DNA of 64,000 nucleotides from an uncultured Oscillibacter sp. (GCA_910583785.1 CAJTZK010000010.1:7338-71337); one strand, 5' to 3'. Numbered from the stretch's first letter, positions 39,102-49,761 are shown. The notes: generated by a model not told the origin, from the letters alone. Numbers and translations: made by a program.

Positions 39102-39806
39102 TTATTTGGCCCTGGGGGCCGGGCTTTCCTGGAGGGCCTCCCGGAGCTTTTCCAGCGCCCGCTTTTCGATGCGGGACACATAGCTCCGGGAAATGCCGAA
39201 GGAGGAGGCGATCTCCCGCTGCGTCAGGGGTACGGTGCCCCCTAGGCCGTAGCGCAGGCGGACGATTTCCGCCTCCCGGGCGGTGAGGCGCTCCCGGACC
39301 AGATGATGGAGCCGCAGGGCGTTGTCGCGGTCGTGGAGGTCCTCCAGCATGGTGTCGTCCACGCCCACGATGTCCATGAGCTGGAGGGCGTTCCCGTCCT
39401 TGTCGGTGTCGATGGAGTCAGAGAGGGAGACCTCTCCCTGGAGCTTCTTCTGGCCCCGGAAGTACATGAGGATTTCATTTTCAATGCACCGGGCGGCGTA
39501 GGTGGCGAGCCGGGCACCCTTCGTGGGATCAAAGCTGGAGATGCCCTTGATGAGGCCGATGGTGCCAATGGAGATCAGATCCTCCTGGTCGGCGCTTTGG
39601 GTGTAGTATTTTTTAATAATATGCGCCACCAGCCTCAGGTTCCGTTCAATCAGTACCTGCCGGGCCTCCGGGTCTCCTCCGGCGTACTTCTCCAGCCATT
39701 CCCGTTCCTCGGCGGCGGACAGGGGCTTGGGAAAGGACCCGCCGCCGGAGAGGCGCAGGGAAAACAGCAGCGTGTTGGCAAACAGCAGCAGCGCGGCAGA
39801 CAGCAT
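39102..39806 (-). CDS. sigK: Sporulation sigma factor pro-SigK, uninterrupted
   Basis: Hydrophobic pro-sequence, SFPKPLS, NLRLVAHIIKKY, CIENEILM, ISRSYVSRIEK. Confidence 0.9.
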   Translation of the reverse strand: MLSAALLLFANTLLFSLRLSGGGSFPKPLSAAEEREWLEKYAGGDPEARQVLIERNLRLVAHIIKKYYTQSADQEDLISIGTIGLIKGISSFDPTKGARLATYAARCIENEILMYFRGQKKLQGEVSLSDSIDTDKDGNALQLMDIVGVDDTMLEDLHDRDNALRLHHLVRERLTAREAEIVRLRYGLGGTVPLTQREIASSFGISRSYVSRIEKRALEKLREALQESPAPRAK

Positions 39807-39992
39807 AAAACCTCCTCACCGGGGGATAACCCCGGCTGCCGCTTTCCCGGCTGGCGGCGGACCGAATTTTGGGGCGGGAACGCCCGCCCTCTCCTCTTAA
39901 CCTATGAAAGCCGGGGAAGTCCCTATGCGGCCATTGTCTTTGTCCGGCGGATATGGTATACTCCCAAGCAAAGAACGAAGGGAGGCGCCGGC

Positions 39993-40304
39993 ATGGGGTG
40001 GACGGTCTACATCCTCCGCTGCGGGGACGGAACCCTTTACACGGGCTGCACCAACGACCTGCCCCGGCGGCTGGAGGCCCATCGGAGCGGCAGGGGGGCG
40101 AAATACACCCGGAGCCGCCTGCCAGTGGCCTTGGCGTACCAGGAGGAGGCGGCGGACAAATCCGCCGCCCTCCGGCGGGAGGCGGCTATCAAGCGTCTGG
40201 ACCGCTGGAAAAAGCTGGCGCTGATTGGGGAAAAGGAGGGGCAGGATGGAGATCCGGCCGCTGCGGGAGACGGACAGCCGCCTGGAGGTCAGCCGGATTT
40301 ATGA
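39993..40304 (+). CDS. GIY-YIG nuclease family protein (YazA-like)
   Basis: VYILRCGDGTLYTG, GAKYTRSRLPV, ALRREAAIK. Confidence 0.88.
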   Translation: MGWTVYILRCGDGTLYTGCTNDLPRRLEAHRSGRGAKYTRSRLPVALAYQEEAADKSAALRREAAIKRLDRWKKLALIGEKEGQDGDPAAAGDGQPPGGQPDL

Positions 40305-40710
40305 GGAGAGCTGGAAGGCCGCCTGCCGGGGCATCGTTCCCCAGGCTTATTTGGACGGCATTCCCGCCGGGCGCTGGGCGGAGGCCCTGGATCGGGCCGG
40401 ATGGGATACCCTCGTCCTGGCCGGGGGGAGCGGCTGGCCGGGATGGCCAGGCTTCGGGGAGGTGGTGTCCCTCTATTTGCTGCCGGAGTCCATGGGCAGG
40501 GGCTATGGAAAAGTCCTGCTGGAGGCGGCGGTGAACCATTTGGCCGGGCAGGGCTTCCGGGATGTGCTCCTCTGGGTGCTGGAGGAGAACCTCCGGGCCC
40601 GGCGTTTCTATGAAAAGGCCGGGTTTGTCTGTTCCGGAGATTTTATGGAGGACGAGATCGGCGGGAAGCCCCTCCGGGAGGTCCTGTATTGGCGCCATAT
40701 GATCCCATAG
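40246..40710 (+). CDS. GNAT acetyltransferase, possibly internally shortened
   Basis: LYLLPESMGRGYG, LWVLEENLRARRFYEKAGF. Confidence 0.75.
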   Translation: MEIRPLRETDSRLEVSRIYEESWKAACRGIVPQAYLDGIPAGRWAEALDRAGWDTLVLAGGSGWPGWPGFGEVVSLYLLPESMGRGYGKVLLEAAVNHLAGQGFRDVLLWVLEENLRARRFYEKAGFVCSGDFMEDEIGGKPLREVLYWRHMIP

Positions 40711-40784
40711 CGCAAAAGGGCCCCGGGTCTTCCTGACCACGGGGCCCTTTCCAATTCCAAAGAGGCGTCTCCGGAGAGCCTGGT

Positions 40785-42616
40785 TCAAGAGGCCCGCCCC
40801 TGGCAGCCGCCGCAGGAGGCGCAGTCCCCGCAGCCCAGAGCCACCTGGGGGCGGTGCCCGGCCTCCGTCCGGTAACCCTTGCGGGCCAGCAGGTACACGG
40901 CGCCCGCCAGCAGGGCCAGGGCGGCGATGGTGCCGGGGCCAAAGCTGGCCTCGCCCGTGGCCAGCCCGCCCAGCTGGAAGACAATGAGGGAGGCGGCGTA
41001 GGCGAAGGCGCACATATAGCCGATGGCCGCCGCGTCCATTTGGCGTTGTTCATCTCCCGCTTGATGGCCCCCATGGCGGCGAAGCAGGGGGCGCAGAGGA
41101 GGCTGGACATCAGGAAGCTATAGGCGGTCATGGGCCCGAAGTCCGCGGCGACGAAGAGCCAGATGGCCTCGCCGCTGTCCCCCAGAGCCTCCCCGGAGAC
41201 GTTGTACAAAACGCCGAGGGTGGAGACTACCTCCTCCTTGGCAATGAGGCCCGTAAGGGTTGCGACCGCGGCCTTCCAGGCCATGTCCCCCACCCAGCCG
41301 ATGGGGGCGAAGACCCAGGCGATGGAGCGGCCCAGGCCGGACAGCAGGGAGGCGTTGTTGTCCTCCACGGCCTGGAGCACGCCGTCCTGGAAGCCGTAGC
41401 CCTGGAGGAACCAGAGGACAATGGAACTCAGGAGGATGACGGTCCCCGCCCGTTTGATGAAGCTCCAGCCCCGCTCCCAGGTGGCCCGGAGGACGCTGGG
41501 GACGGAGGGCGCGTGGTAGGCGGGCAGCTCCATGACGAAGGGGGCGGGCTCCCCGGCGAAGGCCCGGAACTTTTTCAGCATGATGCCGGAGAGAACCACG
41601 GCGGCGATGCCCGTGAGGAAGGCGGACACGGCTACCCAGGGGGAGCCCCCGGACACTGCCCCGGCGAAGAGGCTGATGATGGGCAGCTTGGCCCCGCAGG
41701 GGATGAATCCGGTGGTCATGACGGTCATCTTCCGGTCCCGGTCCTGCTCAATGGTCCGGGAGGCCAGGATGCGGCTGGTGACAACCCGGTCGATGCGGTC
41801 CGAGGCGGAGAGGCTGCGCATTGCCGCTTGTTTCGTTACCGCCTGCTCCACCACCCGGCGGATGTAGGCGTAACGCTGGCTGGTGACGATGGATTCCGCG
41901 TCGTCGTCCAGCTCCTGCTCACAGCTGGCGATGCGCTCCTCCAACCGGGAAGCCAGCTCTTGGTCCAGCCCCAGCTCCTCCAGGACGTTCCCGTCCCGCT
42001 CAAAGAGCTTGACGGCGTACCAGCGGAGATGGCGGCTGTCCACCATGCCTTGGATGGATTCCTCAATATGGGCCAGGGCGCGCTCCACGCTTCCGGTGAA
42101 GACGCGGGGGAGCTCCCCGCTCTTCCCGGCCTGGGCGGCGGAGACGGCCCGCCGGGCGGCCTCCAGGCCGCCCTCGCCCTTGAGGGCGCTGATGCCCGCC
42201 ACCTGGCAGCCCAGGGCGCTGCCCAGCGCATCCAGGTCAATCCGGTCCCCGTTTTTCCGCACCAGGTCCATCATGTTCACCGCCACCACCACGGGGAGGC
42301 CCAGTTCCATGAGCTGGGTAGTGAGGTACAGGTTCCGCTCGATGTTGGTGCCGTCCACAATGTTCAAAATGGCGCCGGGCTGCTCCTTCACCAAGTAGGA
42401 GCGGCTCACCACCTCCTCCGGGGTGTAGGGGGAGAGGGAATAGATGCCGGGGAGGTCCTGGATGATGGTATCCGTTTGCCCCTTGAGGCGGCCCTCCTTT
42501 TTCTCCACCGTGACGCCCGGCCAGTTGCCCACAGATTGGCTGGCCCCGGTGAGCTGGTTGAACAGAGTGGTCTTGCCGCAGTTCGGGTTGCCCGCCAGGG
42601 CGATTTTGATGTCCAT
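40785..42616 (-). pseudogene. feoB: Ferrous iron transporter FeoB with internal deletion and frameshift
   Basis: GNPNCGKTT, VGNWPGVT, DLPG intact; VVTSRILA joined directly to SRTIEQDRDR (~41765); frame break after AKWT (~41033). Confidence 0.85.
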
Positions 42617-42687
42617 GATGGGGGATGCTCCCTTCCTGATAGTTATTTTAGACTAACTCTGATTCCGAAAAGAAAGGCCGCTTTGGC

Positions 42688-42909
42688 TCAAACGACCTCG
42701 ATGGCTTCCGCGTCCGCCTTGCGGAGGGACAATTCGTATCCCCGGACGTTCAGCTCCATGGGGTCCCCCAGGGGGGCCATTTTCCGCACGAAGATTTCCA
42801 CGCCTTTGGTGATGCCCATGTCCATGATCCGGCGGCGGACGGGGCCCTCCCCGTGGAGCTTCGCCACGGTATCGGTCTCGCCAGCTTTGGCGTCCTTTCG
42901 TGTTTTCAT
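42688..42909 (-). CDS. feoA: FeoA family protein
   Basis: RRIMDMGITKG, APLGDPME, RGYELSLRK. Confidence 0.9.
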   Translation of the reverse strand: MKTRKDAKAGETDTVAKLHGEGPVRRRIMDMGITKGVEIFVRKMAPLGDPMELNVRGYELSLRKADAEAIEVV

Positions 42910-42922
42910 CCTGCTTCCTCCT

Positions 42923-43135
42923 TCAAATTAAAATGCGGTTCGCCAGCCCCCGGTCCAGGGCCACGCGGCGGTCCTTCACCTGTAAGACCAGGTTCCCTGC
43001 GATTTCATGGACCACGGTGACGGCGGCGCCTGCCACAAAGCCCAGCTCCGCCAAATGCTGGCGGACTTCGTCCTTCCCGGTGACTTTGCGGATGGTAACG
43101 GTTTCCCCAGTCCTTGCCATGGAGAGCGGCATCAT
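42923..43135 (-). CDS. feoA: FeoA family protein
   Basis: HLAELGFVAG, RVALDRGLANRI. Confidence 0.88.
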   Translation of the reverse strand: MMPLSMARTGETVTIRKVTGKDEVRQHLAELGFVAGAAVTVVHEIAGNLVLQVKDRRVALDRGLANRILI

Positions 43136-43419
43136 GCCCAGCCTCCTCTCAGTGGAATTGCTGGTTAGGAAATGCTAACTAATGCTGCGGTTCGCAGTTT
43201 TGCATGACTAACCGCGCCTGTCGAGAGAATTTTTTAAAACCCATCAAATTTTTCCTGGGGCCCGGGGCGGCCCAGGGGGAGGCGGAGGGCGGCATACGTT
43301 GAAAATTTTTAATAAAATATAAACTTAGGAAGGGGCTTCTTGCAAAATGGCGGGGATTTCTCTATACTAATATTTACTAGAAAATCCCCGCGCCGGACGC
43401 GGGGGGAAGGAGTTCCGCC

Positions 43420-43893
43420 ATGAAGGTACTGGTTTTGTCCGATTCCCATGGGAACGTCGCCAATATGGTTCAAGCCGTGGAGCGGGAGTCGCCCCGGATG
43501 GTGTTCCATCTAGGGGACTGCTGGCGGGACGGGGAACGGCTCCATGACCGCTTCCCGGAGCTGCCCTTGGAGCAGGTGCCGGGCAACTGTGACTATTTCC
43601 GGGGCTCCCGGGAGGCGGAGAAGCTGGTGTACCTGGGAGACCAGCGCGTGCTGCTGTGCCACGGGCACACCTACGGCGTGAAGCAGTCCCTGCTGGCGGC
43701 GGGACTGGCGGCGGAGGAGAAGGGCCTGGACCTCTTCCTCTTCGGCCATACCCACAAGCCCCTGGTGGACATGCGGGGGAGGACGCTGTTTTTAAACCCT
43801 GGCAGCATCGGGGACTATGCCCGGCCCACCTATGGGATCGTGACCCTGGAGAACGGGAATCTGGACGTACGGACCGCGCTCCTCCGGAGCTAG
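43420..43893 (+). CDS. YfcE-family metallophosphoesterase
   Basis: SDSHG, HLGD, GNCD, HGH, GHTH, NPGS. Confidence 0.92.
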   Translation: MKVLVLSDSHGNVANMVQAVERESPRMVFHLGDCWRDGERLHDRFPELPLEQVPGNCDYFRGSREAEKLVYLGDQRVLLCHGHTYGVKQSLLAAGLAAEEKGLDLFLFGHTHKPLVDMRGRTLFLNPGSIGDYARPTYGIVTLENGNLDVRTALLRS

Positions 43894-44018
43894 GGTGTTT
43901 TTCAATAACTGCTTTATAAAAGTAACATCGAAAAGAAAAAGGAGTGGGAGCGTGAGGCGCTGCATTGCTTGGGCCGGAATCGTCCAAACTAACGCCATAT
44001 CAAAAAGGAGAAGATTCC

Positions 44019-44657
44019 ATGACGATTCCGGCTGCCACGAAGCTGTACCCCAGGACGGGGGACAGCCAGACCATTTACTTGAAAAACGCCGTCAAGAATC
44101 CCAACATTGAGATTGGGGATTTTACGATTTACAACGATTTCGTCCATGATCCCAGGGACTTCCAGAAGAACAACGTGCTGTACCACTACCCCGTCAACGG
44201 CGACAAGCTGGTGGTGGGGAAGTTCTGCTCCATTGCCTGCGGGGCGCGGTTTCTGATGAACAGCGCCAACCATGCCCTGGGCTCCCTGTCCACCTATGTG
44301 TTTCCCATCTTTTACGAAGAGTGGGGCCACGGGATGCGGGTGACGGAAGCCTGGGACCACAGGGGGGACATCATAATTGGAAACGACGTGTGGATCGGTT
44401 ACGAGGCGGTAGTCCTGTCCGGGGTCACCATCGGGGACGGGGCTATTGTAGCCGCCCGGTCCGTGGTGACTAAGGACGTGCCGCCCTACACCATCGTGGG
44501 CGGCGTTCCCGCCAAGCCCATCCGGCGGCGGTTTGGCCAGGAGGCCATCGGTGCGCTCCTGGAGCTGCGGTGGTGGGACTGGCCCCTGGAGAAGCTGTCG
44601 AAAAGCCTTGGGGCCATCCAGACGGGAGACCTGGAGGCCCTGCGGCGCAATGCCTGA
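44019..44657 (+). CDS. CatB/Vat-related hexapeptide O-acetyltransferase
   Basis: GKFCSIA, IGNDVWIG, VTKDVPPY, WWDW; terminator near 44676-44712. Confidence 0.9.
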   Translation: MTIPAATKLYPRTGDSQTIYLKNAVKNPNIEIGDFTIYNDFVHDPRDFQKNNVLYHYPVNGDKLVVGKFCSIACGARFLMNSANHALGSLSTYVFPIFYEEWGHGMRVTEAWDHRGDIIIGNDVWIGYEAVVLSGVTIGDGAIVAARSVVTKDVPPYTIVGGVPAKPIRRRFGQEAIGALLELRWWDWPLEKLSKSLGAIQTGDLEALRRNA

Positions 44658-44978
44658 GCGCAAAAGAGCATAGGAAAAGCCCCTGCCGCAGTTTTGCGGC
44701 AGGGGCTTTTTTTGAGAGTTTATAAAATTGCTTTAAGACTGGGCGTGAAGTGTTTCCCGAATGTCCACGGAAGAATCCGCAGCCAGGCGGCGCTCCGGGG
44801 TATCCAGATACCGCGCGTGTATAATCCCCATCTCTGTTGAAAAGGCCTCCGCTTCCGGGAGCAATCCCCACGGCCTCTGGCGGTTCCTCGCTGTCCGCCC
44901 CTCAAAGGCGGCGGACGATCCTCCACAGCCCCGGTTCCGGAGGGCCCCTAAAACAAACCCGTCTCTTCTGAAGACTCT

Positions 44979-45263
44979 TTATAAAACCTCGTAGTCAACT
45001 GCCGCCCGGTGCTCCCGGATGGATTTGCACAGGGCGGAAACCGCCTTGTGCCGGGGGTCGTTTTTATAGGCCTCCAGGTCTTCCAGGCTGTTGAAGTCGC
45101 TGGACAGCACGGCGTCATAGTTCCCGGGGCCCACGTTCCGGGCCACCTCGCTGCGGAGCAGCTGGGGAACCACGCCCTGCAAAGCCCGGAGGCCGCTCAG
45201 GAATTCCTCCTGTTCCGCCTCGGTGCCGGGGCGGAACTTCCACATGACGATATGGCGGATCAT
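44979..45263 (-). CDS. Dabb (stress-responsive A/B barrel) protein
   Basis: MIRHIVMWKF, YKNDPRH, AVDYE. Confidence 0.88.
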   Translation of the reverse strand: MIRHIVMWKFRPGTEAEQEEFLSGLRALQGVVPQLLRSEVARNVGPGNYDAVLSSDFNSLEDLEAYKNDPRHKAVSALCKSIREHRAAVDYEVL

Positions 45264-45267
45264 AGGC

Positions 45268-46470
45268 TCACTTCCCGTTTTTCCGGTTGTAGGCTTCGAT
45301 GCCCAGGCCCAGGAGCTCAATGGCCCGGGACAGCTCCCTGGGCTGGGTGACATAGGCGATGCGGATTTCGTTCCGTCCCTTGCCGGGAGTGGCGTAGAAG
45401 CCCTCGCCAGGGGCGTACATGACGGTTTCGCCCTGGTCCTCAAACTCCTGAAGGAGGAAGTATTGGAGCTTTTCCGCGTCGTCCACCGGGAGGGTGGCCA
45501 TGACGTAGAACGCGCCCTCCGGAGAGCTGTGGGTGACGCCAGGGAGCTTGGAGAGGGCGGCCACCAGGGCGTCTTTCCGGCGGCCGTACTCGTCCCGGAC
45601 AGAGCGGAGGTAGTCCGGCGTCATAGTCCGGTAGAGGGCGGCGGCGCCCAGCTGGTCCAGGGTGGCGGCGCAGAGGCGGCCTTGGCAAATCTTCATGGCC
45701 AGTTCCATGAAGTGCTTGTTCCGGGAGATCAGCGCGCCCACCCGGGCGCCGCAGGAGGAGAAGCGCTTGGAGATGGAGTCGGTGACGATGACGTGCTCTG
45801 CTCCGTCCTCGAACTCCAGCAGGGAGCTGAGGGGCTCCCCGGAGTAGATGATCTCCCGGTAGACCTCGTCGCTGACCAGGAAGAGGCCGTGCTCCTTGCA
45901 GATGTCCAGCAGGAGGCGCTGTTCCTCCCGGGTGAGGACCGCACCGGTGGGGTTCCCGGGGTTGGTGACCATAATGGCCTTGGTGCGGGAGGTGATGAGG
46001 GGTTCGATCTTCTCCCGGCGGGCGAAGCGGTACCCCTCCTCCGCCGTGGTGGGGATGGGCACAATCTTCCCTCCGGTAACGCCGATGAAGGTGTCGTAGT
46101 TGGGATAGAAGGGCTCGGGGATGAGAACTTCATCCCCGTCGTCCAGGATGCAGGCGGCGGTGAGCTGGAGGGCCTCGCTGCCGCCGTAGGTGCCCAGGAT
46201 GTCCTCCAGGGCCAGGGAAACGCCGAAGCCCTGGTAATAGTCCCGCACGGCCTCCAGGTAAACGTCCACGCCTCCGGCGGGGGCGTAGGCCAGGACGGAA
46301 TCTTGAAAGCCCTTCACGGCGTCAAAGAATGCCTGGGGGGTCTCCACGTCGGGCTGTCCGATGTTCAGATGGAGGACACGCCGCCCGGCTGCCTCCGCCG
46401 CCACCACATAGGGGTGGAATTTCCGGATAGGGGAGAGGCTGCACGCCTCGCACTTGCTGGAAAACTTCAT
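45268..46470 (-). CDS. Class I/II PLP-dependent aminotransferase
   Basis: LNIGQPD, NPGNPTG, DEVY, SISKRFSSCGARVG. Confidence 0.92.
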   Translation of the reverse strand: MKFSSKCEACSLSPIRKFHPYVVAAEAAGRRVLHLNIGQPDVETPQAFFDAVKGFQDSVLAYAPAGGVDVYLEAVRDYYQGFGVSLALEDILGTYGGSEALQLTAACILDDGDEVLIPEPFYPNYDTFIGVTGGKIVPIPTTAEEGYRFARREKIEPLITSRTKAIMVTNPGNPTGAVLTREEQRLLLDICKEHGLFLVSDEVYREIIYSGEPLSSLLEFEDGAEHVIVTDSISKRFSSCGARVGALISRNKHFMELAMKICQGRLCAATLDQLGAAALYRTMTPDYLRSVRDEYGRRKDALVAALSKLPGVTHSSPEGAFYVMATLPVDDAEKLQYFLLQEFEDQGETVMYAPGEGFYATPGKGRNEIRIAYVTQPRELSRAIELLGLGIEAYNRKNGK

Positions 46471-46770
46471 CCTTTTCGCCTCCTTGGGGCTTTGCATTTT
46501 TATGGTACGCAGACCGCGTATTTTTCTATTGTAGCACCTCCGCGGCCCTTGTCAAACGCTTTTCTAAAAATCGTCGTTTTGCCGGATGGGGGCCGGGAGG
46601 CCGGGGCGGGGCCTGGGCAAACTGCGCAAAGGCGGGGGCCCCAGAAGGGAGGGGAGGGGGCTTTTATGACGGATGTTTTCCGTTTGACGGGCATTTTGGG
46701 AAAATACCGGGAAAAAATTTGGGGAAGGTGGTTGACATTTTAAAATTGCTTATTATAATAGGTGCCAGCA

Positions 46771-46940
46771 TGATAGAGGCGCGGACGTCAAGAGTACGCC
46801 TCCCCAAGGGACAGGCCCGGGGAGGAAGAAAGGGGCTTCCGCCGAGGTTTCGCCCGTCCCGGCCTGAGGGGGACGCGAAGCCGGGCCGCGCGGAGAATAT
46901 CCCGCGGACTGTCACTCCGTGCGGAGTGGAGCGCTGTCGT
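46771..46940 (+). promoter_or_regulatory. Lysine riboswitch
   Basis: AGAGGCGC...AGTA...GAAAGG...GCCGA...GAATA...ACTGTCA...GGAGCGCT; upstream TTGACA/TATAAT; downstream terminator ATGAAGTCATGACA-AGC-TGTCATGACTTCATTTTT. Confidence 0.92.
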
Positions 46941-47019
46941 GGATTCAGCCGTTTCGTGTGTCCGGTATGAAGTCATGACAAGCTGTCATGACTTCATTTT
47001 TCATTTAGGAGAGAGCGTT

Positions 47020-48762
47020 ATGAAGAACCTGAGAAGACGGTTCCTGCCCCTGCTGGCGGTCATGCTGCTGCTGTGCGCGGCCATGACCGTCCCCGCCCTG
47101 GCGGCGGGAGAGGACCTGACCGAGGTGGCCGGGACCAAGTACATTGAGTGCGGCGATTGCGGCGCGGCGGGCGTGGTTTTGTCGGAGGACCTGGAGGCCA
47201 CTGCCTGCGGGAGCTGCGGCGGCGTGGGCTATGTGGAATCCCCCAGCGGATTCTACAACAGCTTCTGGTCCCTGCTGCCCCCCATCATCGCCATCGCCCT
47301 GGCCCTGATTACCAAGGAGGTCTATTCCTCCTTGTTCCTGGGCATCCTGGTGGGCGGGCTGCTGTACTCCAACTTCGCCTTTGAGGCCACCATCCTCCAT
47401 GTCTTCAATGACGGCATCGTGGCCTCCGTTACCGATTCCTACAACATGGGCATCCTGATCTTCCTGATCATCCTGGGGTCCATGGTGTGCCTGATGAACA
47501 AGGCGGGGGGCTCCGCCGCCTTCGGCCGCTGGGCCAAGGACCATATTAAGAGCCGCGTCGGGGCCCAGCTGGCCTCCGTGCTCCTGGGCGTGCTGATCTT
47601 CATCGACGACTATTTCAACTGCCTGACGGTGGGCAGCGTCATGCGGCCCATTACCGACAAGCACAGCATCTCCCGGGCAAAGCTTGCCTACATCATCGAC
47701 GCCACCGCCGCCCCGGTTTGCATCATCGCCCCCATCAGCTCCTGGGCCGCCGCCGTGGCGGGCTTCGCCGAGGACGGCCAGGGCTTCAACCTCTTCCTCC
47801 GGGCCATCCCTTACAACTACTACGCCTTGCTGACCATCGTCATGATGGTGGGCATGATTGTCATGAAAACCGAATTCGGCCCCATGGCGAAGTATGAGAA
47901 AAACGCCATGGAAAAGGGCGACCTCTTCTCCGGCTCCAACCCCTACGCCGGGGCGGAGGACGACGCACCCGAGGACAAGGGCACGGTGCTGGACCTGGTG
48001 CTCCCCGTGGTGGTCCTCATCATCTGCTGCGTCATCGGCATGATTTACTCCGGCGGCTTCTTTGACGGCGAGGGCTTCATCACCGCCTTCTCCAACTCCG
48101 ACGCCTCCGTGGGCTTGATGCTGGGCTCTGCCTTTGCCCTGGTCTTCACCCTGGCGTACTACCTCATCCGCCGCTCCATGAGCTTCAAGGAGATGATGGG
48201 CTGCATCCCCGAGGGCTTCAAGGCCATGGTGCCCGCCATCATGATCCTCACCTTCGCCTGGAGCCTGAAGAACATGACGGACTCCCTGGGCGCGAAGTTC
48301 TTCGTCCGGGACTTCGTCCGGTCCTCCGCTGGCGGCCTCCAGATGATCCTGCCTTTGATCGTGTTCGCCATCGGCTGCCTGCTGGCCTTCGCCACGGGTA
48401 CCTCCTGGGGCACCTTCGGCATCCTGATCCCCATTGTGCAGAACGTTTTCTCCATGGACAACCCCATGGCCATCGTCTGCATCTCCGCCTGCATGGCGGG
48501 CGCCGTCTGCGGCGACCACTGCTCCCCCATCTCCGATACCACCATCATGGCCTCCGCGGGCGCCCAGTGCGACCACGTGAACCACGTGTCCACCCAGCTG
48601 CCCTACGCCATCACCTGCGCGGTGGTGTCCGGTATCACCTACCTCATCGCGGGCATCCTGGTCAGCGCGGGCGCGCCCGGCATCCTGGGCCTGCCCATCG
48701 GCATTGTGCTGATGATCGGCGCGCTGTTCGTAATCCGCTCCAAGAATCCCAGCATTTCCTGA
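47020..48762 (+). CDS. NhaC-family transporter, probable lysine transporter (LysW-like)
   Basis: SLLPPIIAI, FIDDYFN, TGTSWGTFGI, GDHCSPISDTT; lysine riboswitch upstream. Confidence 0.9.
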   Translation: MKNLRRRFLPLLAVMLLLCAAMTVPALAAGEDLTEVAGTKYIECGDCGAAGVVLSEDLEATACGSCGGVGYVESPSGFYNSFWSLLPPIIAIALALITKEVYSSLFLGILVGGLLYSNFAFEATILHVFNDGIVASVTDSYNMGILIFLIILGSMVCLMNKAGGSAAFGRWAKDHIKSRVGAQLASVLLGVLIFIDDYFNCLTVGSVMRPITDKHSISRAKLAYIIDATAAPVCIIAPISSWAAAVAGFAEDGQGFNLFLRAIPYNYYALLTIVMMVGMIVMKTEFGPMAKYEKNAMEKGDLFSGSNPYAGAEDDAPEDKGTVLDLVLPVVVLIICCVIGMIYSGGFFDGEGFITAFSNSDASVGLMLGSAFALVFTLAYYLIRRSMSFKEMMGCIPEGFKAMVPAIMILTFAWSLKNMTDSLGAKFFVRDFVRSSAGGLQMILPLIVFAIGCLLAFATGTSWGTFGILIPIVQNVFSMDNPMAIVCISACMAGAVCGDHCSPISDTTIMASAGAQCDHVNHVSTQLPYAITCAVVSGITYLIAGILVSAGAPGILGLPIGIVLMIGALFVIRSKNPSIS

Positions 48763-48883
48763 CCCCTCATGAAGCAAAGCGCCCGGCCAGCTGGCCGGGC
48801 GCTTTTAGGCTTGACATTTCCTTCTGCTTGTATTATTATACTATTGTACCAATAAAATAATACATATGAAGGGAGACAGTTTC

Positions 48884-49735
48884 ATGGAGCATGTACGGAC
48901 GAGGGGCCTCAGCGCCTCGGGGCTGAAATGGATAGCCCTAGGGCTGATGGTCCTGGACCACATTCACTATTTCTTCGCCTATACGGGCTGGGTGCCGGAG
49001 TGGTTCAGCATGGCGGGGCGGCTGGCCGCGCCGCTGTTCCTGTTCTGCCTGGCGGAGGGCTTTACCCATACCCATGACCGGAGAGGCTATTTCATGAAGT
49101 GCTATGCCCTGCATCTGCTGATGTCCGGGCTGCTGCTTCTGATGATGTGCGGCGTCCTCCCAGTCCGGCCCGACGGTTTTTACCCCATGAACGGCATGAT
49201 GACCTCCTTTGCCATATTGATGGTGGTCTTTCAGGGCATGGACTGGCTGGGGGAGCGCCGCTGGGGCCTGGGGCTGGCGGCGGTGGCCCTGCCCCTGGCG
49301 TGGCCCCTTCTGGCGGGGCTGCTGATGCGGGGCGTGCCCGCCCTCCAGATGCCGCTGCTGGTTCTGGGCTATACCCTCCTTCCCATGTGGAACAGCAACC
49401 CGGACGCCAGTATTTCCGTCCTCGCGGCGGGCGTCCTCCTCTATGCCTTCCGGCGGAACCGGAGGGCGCAGGCCGGGGCGTTCGTGGCGGGAACGATGGC
49501 GGTTTCCTTCCTGCTTCCCCTGCTGCTGCTGGTCCAATCCCCGGAGTTCCACTGGACGATGATGTTTACCGTTGCCTACGAGTGGTACGGGGCCCTTGCG
49601 GCTGTCCTGATGCTGTGTTACAATGGGGAACGGGGCCGGGGGCCGAAGGCATTCTTTTACGCCTTTTATCCCGCCCATGTCTACATCTTATACGCGCTTT
49701 CCTGGGCGGCGTACCCTCTTCTGGCGGGAGGCTGA
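48884..49735 (+). CDS. TraX-family membrane protein
   Basis: LKWIALGLMVLDH, GRLAAPLF, EGFTHT, YNGERG, FYAFYPAH. Confidence 0.85.
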   Translation: MEHVRTRGLSASGLKWIALGLMVLDHIHYFFAYTGWVPEWFSMAGRLAAPLFLFCLAEGFTHTHDRRGYFMKCYALHLLMSGLLLLMMCGVLPVRPDGFYPMNGMMTSFAILMVVFQGMDWLGERRWGLGLAAVALPLAWPLLAGLLMRGVPALQMPLLVLGYTLLPMWNSNPDASISVLAAGVLLYAFRRNRRAQAGAFVAGTMAVSFLLPLLLLVQSPEFHWTMMFTVAYEWYGALAAVLMLCYNGERGRGPKAFFYAFYPAHVYILYALSWAAYPLLAGG

Positions 49736-49761
49736 CGGGAAGCGGAAAGGAGGCTGCGCCT

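Noticed and set aside
39102..39806. skin-like interruption of sigK
   Set aside because: The reading frame is continuous and no recombinase is adjacent.
44720..44975. Possible gene remnant in the intergenic gap (also 51420-51870)
   Set aside because: No recognisable motif or consistent reading frame could be supported.
48884..49735. Conjugative element suggested by the TraX family name
   Set aside because: No other transfer genes are present; TraX-like proteins are common chromosomal membrane proteins.
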